64,000 nucleotides of DNA, taken from positions 175,274,001 through 175,338,000 of the forward strand of contig OX597814.1 of NCBI GenBank assembly GCA_951406725.2, read 5' to 3'. This document shows, one piece after another, positions 1-10,841 of the stretch. The notes under the pieces are model-generated. The model was not told the origin of the DNA. It made no database searches and worked only from the letters and a program-made list of their open reading frames with translations. The translations under genes and the position numbers were made by a program. The first letter of the stretch is position 1, and each line of letters starts with the position of its first letter. This DNA is from Octopus vulgaris (lineage: Eukaryota).

Positions 1-376
1 TTAATGGTTTGGCAAAAGAGACACATATGATGGTCTTTTTTCAATTTCAATCCACCATATCCACTCACAAGGCTTTGGTCAACCCAAGACTATAGTGGAA
101 GACACTTGCCCAAAGTGTTGTACTGTGGGACTTAAACTCAAGGCTGCATGGTTGGGCCTTTTCTTTTCTTTGTCTTGCAAGTTACTTCATGTCATGAAAA
201 GAACACCCACTGCACACTGAAAAGTGGTTAGCATTAGGAAAAGCATTCAGCTGTAGAAACCATGCCAAAAACAACATTGGGGCCTGATGCAGCTCTGTGG
301 CTTGTCAAATCCTGTCAAACTGTCCAATCCATGCTAGCATAAAAAACAGCAGTTAAATGATGACACACACACACAT

Positions 377-657
377 CGGTGTCAGCTGTGGGGTCACTCC
401 GAAAAGCTCTATCTGCAACGATTTCATCTCAATCGAAGGAGAGGGGCTTTCTCCGTCCGGGTTGCGGATCCGTGGAATAAGCTGCCGAACGAGATAGTGA
501 AGATGCCAACGACCGCTCAGTTCAAAGTCTCTCTTGCCCAGAAATGGCCTGAACTCTTTGCATGAACACCCTCCTTGTACATAACTCCATGTCCCCTTAC
601 ATGGCCTTGCTTTTTGCTTTTTTGAGCCAAAAAATTAACTTAACTATTAACTTAACA
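377..657 (+). mobile_element. CR1/L2-type LINE 3' end
   Basis: Reads GHSEKLYLQRFHLNRRRGAFSVRVADPWNKLPNEIVKMPTTAQFK (CR1 ORF2 C-terminal WN.LP motif); short 3'UTR and (TTAAC)n-like tail. Confidence 0.75.
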
Positions 658-658
658 T

Positions 659-1872
659 CAGACGTGGGCACCAAACTGTTAATCCGTTAATCGTTAATTA
701 ATGAAGTTAATATTTTCGTTAATGCTCTTTTAAGTTAACTTTGGAAATCATTGTTAGGCTAATTAACTTACATTACATTTAACTTCTGCTAACTCAAGTC
801 TGCTTGAGTTAATTTCCATTAACTCAAGTTGCTATGACAATTATTAGGCTCAAGGACTTGAGGTCCAAGGGCCTCATCTACTGCATCCCCTTGGTTGACG
901 CACTTTTGGCAGGCATTGAAAAAAAGGTTTAGGACCCTCCTGGAAGATGAGGAATGCCATCTGGCTGCTGCCTTCCACCCCAGGTTTTGCCTCATCTGGT
1001 TGAATAAATATGACAACACCAAGGTGGGGAAAAGCATGGAGGGTAAAACCGAGGAGATCAGTCTGATGAAGTGAGCAGCAATGGTGAAGAGGAAGATGAC
1101 TTCTTTGGTGGTGTCACCCAGCCAAAAGAAAGCAGCAAGAGCCACAGGTCACAAGGCCCAGACTTTGGTCAAGACCTGGTTGGAGACCAACTCCAAGGAC
1201 TTGCTGATAGATGCTGCCTTCTTGGGTAAGCAAGTGTTGATAGACTTATTCAGCATGTTCAAAACAGCCATCCCCTCCAGTGCTGCAAAGGGGCATTTGT
1301 TCTCTATGGGCAAGGACATCTTGAGTGCCAAGAGATTATCCCTATCTGATGAAAACTTTGACATGCTAATTTTCATGAACAACATACATCTCATGAACAA
1401 AATGGAGAATGAGAAGAAGAGGCAAAATTAAATTATGTATATATTGTGTTTTTCATTATTTTTTTATGGCCAGTTTATAAATAAACTTTTTTAGTTTAAT
1501 ACTAATATTGTGTTTCATTTGAGGTTTTTTTCTAGCTCTAAAAGCCTTTAAAAACCTAAAAAAAAGGGCCAAAACTATAAAGTCAGCATTTTTAACTCTA
1601 AAGAAAAAAACATAGTTTTGGGGTTCTAAAGTCATTAAAAAGGCCCCAAAAAGGCTGATTTTATAGTTTTGGCACTTTTTGAAGGTGTTTTTAGAGCAAA
1701 AACTGATTTTTTGTTTTTATTTTCTATAACAGAAATTAACATTAATGGTTTATCAATAATTTCCATTACATTCTTAAAGAATTAACTGATTAACAGTTAT
1801 CAAACTTAGCTTTTTGGTTAACTGATTAACAGTTAACATAGTTAACTATTTGATTAATGGTGTACACTTTTG
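659..1872 (+). mobile_element. Internally deleted hAT DNA transposon (transposase pseudogene)
   Basis: Frameshifted PLVDALLAGIEK.F...LAAAFHPRF and dimerisation domain TAIPSSAAKGHLFSMGKDILSAKRLSLSDENFDMLIFM; imperfect TIRs CAGACGTGGGCACC / GGTGTACACTTTTG; GTTAAC-rich subtermini; TSD not found. Confidence 0.8.
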
Positions 1873-1904
1873 ATACACACACATATATATATATATATAT
1901 ATAT

Positions 1905-2790
1905 GGTCTGTGATGTGTATGGACAAGGACAGCTGTGTGAAGAAGTGCTGATCTGTAATGGTGGAGGGAACTGTGGAAGAAGCAGACCCAGGAAGACATG
2001 GGATGAAGTGGTGATACATGATCTTTGAATGTTGGCCCTCACAAAGACAATGACGAATGACCGAAACCTTTGGCGATATGCTGTGCTTGAGAAGACTTAT
2101 TAAGCCAAGTGACATTGTAGTCATGGTCGATGTTGGTGTTATGTAACTGGCACATAAAAAGAGCACCTTGAATGTTGGGCCTCACGGAGACATTGACAAG
2201 GGACTGAGACCTTTGGCAATATACCCTGCTTGAGAAGACCTGTCAAGCCAAGTAAGATCACAGTTGTGGCTGATGCTGGTGTAATGTATTTGGTACCCAT
2301 ACTGGTGGCACATAAAAAGCACCCACTACACTCTTGGAGTGGTTGGCATTAGGAAGGACATCCAGCTGTAGAAACCATACCAAATCAGGCTGGAACCTAG
2401 TGTAGCTTCCTAAAAAAAAATTGTTCCTTCTCGAGCCATGCATGGCTCATAAGGGCCGGTTTCTTGGCTTATAGGTTCTCCACCTGGATGGGACGCCGGT
2501 CCGTCGCAGGTAAGCTGCAAGATGCAGGAGGAAAGAGTGAAAGAAAGTTGTGGCAAAAGAGTCAGCAGAAGTTCGCCATTATCTTCTGCCAGAGCCACGT
2601 GGAGCTTAGGTGTTTTCGCTCATAAACACACACATCGCCCGGTCTGAGATTCGAACCCGTGATCCCTCGACCGTGAGTCCGCTGCTCTAACCACTAGGCC
2701 ATGTGCCTCCACTAGCTCCCTAGCTTACCAGTTTTCAGTCAAACTGTCCAACCCATGACAGCATGGAAAACAGACATTAAATGATGACGA
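1905..2790 (+). mobile_element. RTE-clade LINE 3' end with nested SINE
   Basis: Frameshifted VEG/CGRSRPRKTWDEVV..DL..LALT..MTNDRNLWRYAV (RTE GRPRKTW motif); 3'UTR ending in (GAT)n; the same 3'UTR recurs at about 8.1, 8.6, 9.2, 12.5, 16.5, 19.1, 22.6, 32.3, 36.4 and 41.1 kb. Confidence 0.75.
2411..2711 (-). mobile_element. tRNA-derived SINE (family C)
   Basis: Head GGAGGCACATGGCCTAGTGGTTAGAGCAGCGGACTC...GGGTTCGAATC with A and B boxes; relatives at about 11418-11713, 20858-21165, 34457-34775 and 44730-44980. Confidence 0.8.
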
Positions 2791-3442
2791 TGATATATAC
2801 ATATATATCATCAGTAAATAATAAATTCGAAAGAGAAGCAAACTCTACGTTATAGAGCAGTAGAATATTTAGATAAAGATATAGCCAGTTCATAGGGTCA
2901 CCTAAGGTGCTCAGCTTTACACAAATCACATTAGACCCTAATGAACTAGCCATAACTATCTTTAACTAAATATATATATAACTAGAAAATTACCCAGAGC
3001 GGTGTATCTTCAAGTATTTATAAATAGAATTAACACAAAGACAAATAAGGCAGTAATATTTGTTTATATTAATATAATAATATATTTACAAATGGGAAGT
3101 AAATATTATCCATGTATTGTTATTTTACAAAGATGAAGTGCAGACATAGGAAAACAATCATCGGTACATCACTGTTATTATGTTTATCATAATGGGACCA
3201 GAATTTATATAATTGCATGCTTTCACAAAGACAAAATAGGTCATTTACTAACCATTACTAACTATTGCGTTCACAATGTAATTGAACATAGTAGCATGTA
3301 ATTTCAATATGTGTAGAATTTTCAATGACTTGCTAGAAATAGAAGCCTAAGTAATTTTTGGTCAGCAATGTGCTGGAAGTAAAGCTACTTCAATAAAGAA
3401 TCCCTTACTGATATGTATATGTATATATATATATATATATAT

Positions 3443-3602
3443 TCTCTCCCTTTTTTTCTCTCCTTGTTTTTTCTGTGTCCCTTTCTGTAGAAGACCGTAG
3501 GCTCGAAACGTAAAAGACTTTTTCTATTCCTGAGCGTTATACTAATACATCTGTTTGTTTTGTATACCACCTGTCTTCGTCTTTTATTTTTTCGTAAACT
3601 CT

Positions 3603-3605
<3 letters not shown>
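3443..3605 (+). mobile_element. Short (TA)n-embedded repeat with HHR-like motif (further copies at 8278-8432 and 52770-52950, minus strand)
   Basis: Three copies of about 160-180 bp, adjoining TA tracts; CTTT CTGT(A/G)GA AGAGC-gtag-GCTC GAAA CGT(A/T) AAAG. Confidence 0.6.
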
Positions 3606-3665
<60 letters not shown>

Positions 3666-4744
3666 TTTACTCTGAGGTTTATCTCTAGGTTTTCACTGTC
3701 ATGGAGTAGACTGTAAACTTTAGTTGTAATAAATATATCTATCTAATCTACCCAACATACTGAATTCTATAACTGAAAATGTTTGCACTACACAAATCAT
3801 AAATTTATATACTTTATAAATCTAAATACTTTATAAATCATATGCAGATATGACTGTGTGATTCTCTCTGCAACCACATGGCTTTTGTTTAATTGATTGG
3901 CACTTTGAGTAAGTGTCTTCTATTATGGCCTCAGATCAGCCAATACCTTATGAGTGGAATGATGGAAATTGGTAGATGAAACTCTATGGAAGCCTGTGAT
4001 ATATACATACATACATACATATGTATGCTTGTGTATATATATACATACACACATACATATTCCTTGGACACTTCCATAGAAACAATGATATTGACAGGCT
4101 CTAAGAAGAAACGAAGAGAGTAGAAGCTTGAGGTTAATGTAGATAGTTTTTGACTGTCATATAATATCTCTTAGATAGTACATGTTAAACAACAGTAGCA
4201 ATAGACACACACACACGATCTTCCTCATAGCTTCTATCTACCAAAGTTTCTTCAGAAGACATTGGCCCACTGAAAGATATGGTAGAAAACACTTTTTCAA
4301 GGTGCTGTACAGAAGAATTGAACCCTGTACAATATTGTAGTGAAGTGAACTTCTTAACACATAGTCACCACACAGCCACATTTGACTGTTTATTGAAAAT
4401 CATTATTAATATTATTAAAACTCTAGTGTCTTGAAAACTGGGATATGTATATTTGTATGATATTGAATGATATTGATTGTATTGTAGTCTATGATTGGAT
4501 TATTATTATGTTGCTCTTCGAAAAATAAGAAATTATAATTATTTATTTTAAAATTCTTTTTTCATCTGTCATATGATCATCAAAATCACGGGAAGCATTC
4601 ACAGAAATGTTTTTTTCTGTATTTAAGTCTTAAGATTGCACACCTTGGTATAATTAAGATAAAAAATGAGTATTTGAATAATTTTCTATCAGCTTTTCAA
4701 TGTGTTCAGATAAATATATTTACTTACTAAATACTTATAAGTGA

Positions 4745-5428
4745 CAGAGGCAGTATTAATAGAAAGGGGTAATAATTATCTCCACTTAAACATGGATGTT
4801 CTGGTACAACAAATTATACTGTAGTAGTAACCATGAGAGAAACTCTTGTATTGGCTTTTGGTCAAAATGCACTCTTGTGGTTGAACATCCAACATTGACA
4901 AGACCAAGGAAGGCTGAAATCACATGATCCGGTCTCTTGGTGCTGGAGGCTGTGGGAATTTATCTCCCTGCTAGCAATATCAACTAGAATGCATTTTGCA
5001 CCAAAAGCCAAAATGAATTTCTCTTATGGTAACTATAGTAATATAGTTTGTCCTAACAGAAAATCCACATTTAAGTGGAAATAAATATTACCATATGGTA
5101 TTCATACTGCCTCTATTGCTAATATATATTTTTTAACAAGCTCATTGGCAAATTGTAACACCAGTGCCTGTTCTGACACTGTTATTCTATATATTGCTGG
5201 CAAGGAGATGAATTGCTGCTATCTCTAGCAATCGAGCATCCATCATTGAGAAGGCTAAGGAAGGTGGAAATCACATGATCTGGCTATCTCTGTGCTGGAG
5301 GTGTGGAGATTTACCTCCCTGCTAGCAATATAAACAAGTGCATTTTGCACCAAAATCCAATATGGGAATTTCTCTCATGTAGTAAAGTTTGTTCTAACAG
5401 AACATTCACATTTAAGTGGAGATAAATA
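4745..5428. repeat. Old inverted plus tandem repeat module
   Basis: About 4745-4875 inverted vs 4988-5114; about 4900-5090 directly repeated at 5250-5428; GAAATCACATGATC in both direct copies. Confidence 0.7.
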
Positions 5429-6918
5429 TATTTATTTACATCTTATGTTGCTTTTGTATTTGGTTTACCAGATTTTTAATGTAAACTCATATGTTGAAAT
5501 AGATTTTTTATATCTAAGGAAGGTTGTTATTAACCGACTAATAATAATAGTTATTCTGCTATAGGCACAAGGATGGAAATTTTGGAGAAGTAGGCTAGTT
5601 GATTATATTGCAAAAAAACAAAGCAAAATTCAATGCTCAACTGGTAATTATTTTATCATTCCACAAAAGGAATTTGAAACCAGAAGAAATGTTGCTAAGC
5701 ATTTTATACAGCCTGGTAATGATACTGCCAGCACACCAACTTCAAAGAAGTGAAATCTAACCAATGTGGGTGTTTTTTAATGTCATAGGGTCCCTCTCAA
5801 GATACAACATTTACATCTTACACATACTTTTATACCCTTTAAGACAATGCCCCAGTATGGCCACAGTGCAATATGTGAAACCAGTAAAAGAATAAAAGAA
5901 CATACATAAAATGGGTGAAGGCACATTTGATGCTTACACCCATAGAAATGCAAAGTAGTATTAGATATGCAGTAAAAAAATAACAATTTCTTACATAGGC
6001 ACAAGGACAGGAATGTTTTTGGAGGTGGGAGAGAACATTCGATTATATTGACTCCAGTGCTTGACAAGTACTTATTTTATCAACCCCAGGTGAATGAAAA
6101 GCAAAGCTGACCTCAGCAAGATTTGAACTCAGAACCTAAAGAGCCCAACCAAATACAAACCCACAAGGCATTTTTGTCCAATGGTCTAATGATTCTACTA
6201 ATCTAACATTATTGACCAATATTCCTCTTACATTTGTATTGAAAAATATGGGAGGAAAAACATGTTTCACTTTTATTGCAACTCTTCAGCGGGAGTGTAG
6301 TCTCTGAATTTACTAAAGAATGATTGATCAAATTATAAAAATGTAGACTCTTTTTGCTTGATATGTTAGACCTCTCTTCACCACAATAACATAATTTAAT
6401 CTACTTTGCAAATGCTCTGTATTTACTATTTGCTATCAGAAACTATCCTTAATTTTCTGGGTTTCTACTTTTTCACTCTACATAAATGTGAGTTGTTGGT
6501 ATAAATTAAGTGAATTAATGGAAAAATAGAAAATAGAGAATTATTTTAAAATATCAGCCAAATATCAATTAATAGCTAAGTGATTAAGGTTATATTTAGT
6601 GTTTATTGCATAGATTTTTTAAATGACTAAGTAGGATTAGATGACATATATATGTATATATACATATCTATCTTTCTTTCTATCTATCTATATATATGCA
6701 TGTGTGTATACACCCCCCCACACACAGTTGTTTTGCCTAAACAAATGCATAAATTGAGAAATTTAAAAGTAATGATGCAAAAATCTTCATCATTGAATGA
6801 ATAAATAAACTCTACTACATGTATTGAGTGCTATATCTCCCATTTCCACACCCACATGTGTGTAATATACATACATATATATATACACATACGTACATAC
6901 ATACATACATACATACAT

Positions 6919-6949
<31 letters not shown>

Positions 6950-6993
6950 TACATATACATATACACATACATATACATAAACATGCATATATA

Positions 6994-7208
6994 CAAGGGG
7001 GTGCTGAAAAGTTCCTGGCTTTAAGGGTATCGCAAAAGGCCTGGTTGGAGGCCCAACCATCCCAGTTCTTTTCCAGGGCTTAGAAAAACTGAAGGACCAC
7101 TGCAATAAGTGTGTGAATCTGAGAAGAGAATATGTTGAATAAAATCATAATTAATTGATCCTCTTGTATTTTCTTTTACCCAAAGACAAGAACTCATCAG
7201 CACCCTGT
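6994..7208 (+). mobile_element. Non-autonomous Tc1/mariner remnant
   Basis: TIR-like GGGTGCTGAAAAGTTCCTGG / CAAGAACTCATCAGCACCC after TA; internal WLEAQPSQFF..GLEKLKDHCNKCVNLRREYVE* resembles a mariner transposase C-terminus. Confidence 0.7.
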
Positions 7209-7358
7209 CACACACACACATGCGTGCACATACACACATACGTGCACACACACACATGCATGCACACACACACACATGCGTGTGCACACACACACACATG
7301 CGTGCACACACCCACATGCATGCACACACACGCATGCATGCACACGCACACACACACA

Positions 7359-7413
<55 letters not shown>

Positions 7414-7537
7414 CATACATACAGATGAAACTTCAAAAAAACCTAATAAAAAAAAGGGCCTAATATATTCCTTCCCTGAAAGGCCAGTGGTTGTGATTAG
7501 TATACAACTGATAATAGTATATGCCTTGTGTTCTCTG

Positions 7538-7543
7538 TTTATT
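7538..7543 (-). terminator. Candidate polyadenylation signal AATAAA for BBS4
   Basis: AATAAA 10 nt after the stop, with T-rich sequence further downstream; common by chance in AT-rich DNA. Confidence 0.35.
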
Positions 7544-7553
7544 GCTTTAGGGA

Positions 7554-7925
7554 TTAAAACTTTTTCCCAGAATTTTCAGACTCCTTCATCAATGTTGGTG
7601 TCTTAGAAAATGATAAAGTTTCTCTCAGTTTTAGAAGTTCACTACTAGTTTGTAAAGGTGGTAAACTAGTTAGTTTTGACTGCTTTGGTCTTGGGCTAAG
7701 AATGTTGGATGGTTCCCAGTTTTCAACAGAAGTATTATTTACATCAGTAGCTGCTGACTCAGTTGGTATGGGATTAATTTTGGCTTCAAAATTGGCACTG
7801 TTTTCTTTAGTTAGTGGGTTCGATGTTGAAAAGTCATTTTCCATATCACTGGAATTGGAATTCTCCCGAGCTGGGTTTTCATTATTTTGGACGACAAAAT
7901 TGAGTTGATTGGCAGTTACCAAAAT
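7554..7925 (-). CDS. BBS4: BBS4 terminal exon 13 (ILVTANQLNFVVQNNEN...SENSGKKF*), low-complexity tail
   Basis: Polypyrimidine plus ttag acceptor at 7926-7927; phase 0 continues exon 12; 123 open codons to TAA; weak homology only. Confidence 0.75.
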   Translation of the reverse strand: MLVTANQLNFVVQNNENPARENSNSSDMENDFSTSNPLTKENSANFEAKINPIPTESAATDVNNTSVENWEPSNILSPRPKQSKLTSLPPLQTSSELLKLRETLSFSKTPTLMKESENSGKKF

Positions 7926-7980
7926 CTAACAAAAGATGAAAAGATCATAAAAAATTTTAATTTATTTTACAACCATATAC

Positions 7981-8042
<62 letters not shown>

Positions 8043-9277
8043 GGTGTGTGTGTGTGTGTGTATATATATCATCATCATCATCATCGTTTAGCATCCGTTT
8101 TCCATGCTAGCATGGGTTGGACGGTTCTACTGGGGTCTGTGAAGCCAGAAAGCTTCATCAGGCCCAGTCAAATCTGGCAGTGTTTCTACGGCTGGATGCC
8201 CTTCCTAATGCCAACCACTCCGTATATATATATATGTATGTATGTATGTGTATGCGTGTGTATATATATATATATAGGGAGAGTTTCAAAAAAAACAAAA
8301 GACGAAGACAGGTGGTGTAGACAACAAACAGATGTATTTGTATAACACTCGGGAGGTGAAAAAGTCTTTAACATTTCGAGCCTACGCTCTTCCACAGAAA
8401 GAAACAAGGAGAGAAAATAAAGAATGTGTAGTGGCTAGTGATCTATCATGGCGATGTACCTTGCAACAGAAATGTTAAGACTGATCATGCTGGTGGTGTA
8501 AAGCACTTCTGGTGGTGCCACATAAAAGAACCTGTGTGGTGGTGCCATGTAAACTTGCCCGTGTAGTGTCACATAAAAGTGCCTGTGTGGTTCCACATAA
8601 AAGTGTCCATGTGGCACGATGTAAAAGCACCCAGCACACTCTGTAAAGTAGTTGGCGTTAGGAAGGCATCCAGCCATAGAAACCATGCCAAATCAGACTG
8701 GAGTCTGGTGCAGCTCCCCATCTTGCCAGGTCTGGTCAATCCATCCAACCCATGCCAGTACCAACGACATTAAATGATGATGATGAGGATATATATATAT
8801 ATGAGAGAGGACAAAGGAAGGAATAAGTGAGTATCTTATGGACTTCAGGAGCTTACAGCTGTAATTTAATTCTTTCCCAAATAAACTGAACTTCATATTC
8901 AAGGCTCTGATAAAGCTATAAGGTGTTACTCAGGCACTCAACCATAATTCCACTGCATCTTATAGCAGAAACAGCAGTAAGCCAATGAAGTTCATAAGAT
9001 GATCTCTCTTTTTTATTACCACTCTATACTCAGCGAACACTTTTTTCTGAAATATACATATATTGAGTTCTACATCAGGTTATTGGTTTCGCAATACCTA
9101 AGTGAAATATATATATATCATCATCATTTAGCGTCCGTTTTCCATGCTAGCATGGGTTGGACGGTTCAACTGGGGTCTGGGGAGCCCGAAGGCTGCACCA
9201 GGCCAGTCAGATCTGGCAGTGTTTCTACAGCTGGATGCCCTTCCTAACGCCAACCACTCCGAGAGTGTAGTGGGTGA

Positions 9278-9449
9278 TTTTATGTGCCACCGACACAGGT
9301 GCCAGACGAGGCTGGCGAACGGCCACGCTCGGATGGTGTTTTTATGTGCCACCGACACAGGTGCCAGACGTGGCTGGCAGACGGCCACGCTCGGATGGTG
9401 TTTTTATGTGCCACCGACACAGGTGCCAGATAGGCTGGCGGACGGCCAC
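9278..9449. repeat. 62-bp minisatellite (about 2.8 copies) in the RTE-associated repeat
   Basis: TTTATGTGCCACCGACACAGGTGCCAGA...GGCCACGCTCGGATGGTG units. Confidence 0.85.
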
Positions 9450-9485
<36 letters not shown>

Positions 9486-9917
9486 GTGTGTGTGTGTGGG
9501 GGTAAATAAGTTCAAAAGAGAACAATTCAAACTTTTGAGAGGTCCAACAAGAGAGAAAGAATGATTTCTAATAAAGATTCATCATATTCATAAAAAACAG
9601 CCAGAGTAAGTAATAAGAATATGAAAATAGTAATTGAAAAATATCATTATAGGTATAAAAATACCATAAGCAATTATAGAAAAATGGAGGAGAAAAAGAG
9701 ATGTTGAATTAGATTTAATACAAAATGGGATTCAATACATACACATGTTTCAAAGGACAATACAAATATGTAAGAAAAAATTATAACCATAGTAATTATA
9801 ATTAAATTTATGCATTGTCATTTTCATCAGTGTAAGGAATTTTTGTAAGGACATCAAAAAAAGTTTAATAAAATAAAGTAAATTTAATTTAATAAGGGAG
9901 AATACAATTTTCTTTAC

Positions 9918-10056
9918 CTCTTGATCAATAACTCCTCCTGCTGATGAATAAGAATCCTTTTTCTGTTCAAAAAGTACAAATTGTTTGGCAGCTTCTTGCT
10001 GTATTCCTTGTTTGTATAAAAAGATGGCATAATTCAAGCAAATGGTGAGTTCATCT
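9918..10056 (-). CDS. BBS4: BBS4 exon 12 (DELTICLNYAIFLYKQGIQQEAAKQFVLFEQKKDSYSSAGGVIDQE)
   Basis: Matches LNYAVLLYNQG...FDSE; ttccag/gtaaag; 139 nt. Confidence 0.92.
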
Positions 10057-10486
10057 CTGGAAGAGGAAAAAAGAGGAAAGGAATATAAAATTTTTGTTGA
10101 CTGTAATAATCATAGACATACATCCTTAGGCTTATACATACATGTATGCACACACTTATGCACAAGTGTATACTCATGAATGCACAAACAAATGCTCTAA
10201 CTGATACATACATATATACCTGTCTGTGCCAATGACATGTAAAAGACACCCAGTATGCACTGCAGAGTGGCCTGTGCTAGGAAGGGCATCCAGCAGCAGA
10301 GTATATATACTCTTTTACTGGTTTCAGTCATTTGAATGTGGCCATGCTGGAGCACTGCCTTTAGTCAAGCAAATCGACCCCAGGACTTATTCTTTGTAAG
10401 CCTAGTACTTATTCTATCGGTCTCTTTTGCCGAACCGCTAAGTTACGGGGATGTAAACACACCAGCATATATGTATATTAAGCAAA

Positions 10487-10841
10487 AGGAGGCAGTCAGA
10501 ATTTTGGATAATTCTTTATTAGCGCTTTCCTTCATTTAACCAAACTCTTCAAAATAAAATCAAGATAATAAAACAGAAAGTTTCCTTGTCTTTTATATGA
10601 ATCGAAGAGGGGATGATGTTTTGATTTGTTTAGAAGAGGAGAAATTTTGTTTTTGGAGAAGGGGAGAAAAAAAAAACAAACAAAATTTCTCCTTCTAAAC
10701 GAAACAAAACAACACCCACTCTTTAATTCACATAAAAAATGAAGTAACTTTCTGTTTTATTATCTTGATTTTATTTTGAAAAGTTTGGTTAAATGAACGA
10801 AAGTGTTAATAAAGAATTATCCAAAATTCTGAATGTCTCCT
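10487..10841. repeat. Imperfect palindrome with about 165-bp arms
   Basis: TCAGAATTTTGGATAATTCTTTATT... and ...AATAAAGAATTATCCAAAATTCTGA. Confidence 0.85.

Noticed and set aside
2640-2711. tRNA-like sequence with A and B boxes
   Set aside because: It is a SINE head; no complete acceptor stem, and it continues into the SINE body
6255-6295. Minus-strand CTGAAGA...GAAACATGTT hammerhead-like core
   Set aside because: Stems I and II do not pair convincingly
6790-7463. Many ORFs rich in YI/HT/CV/MY dipeptides (also 52224-52844, 63164-63661 and others)
   Set aside because: Translations of TA, CA and TACA microsatellites; no coding signal
9278-9449. Regularly spaced repeats resembling a CRISPR array
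   Set aside because: Whole units repeat with no unique spacers; eukaryotic retroelement minisatellite; no cas genes
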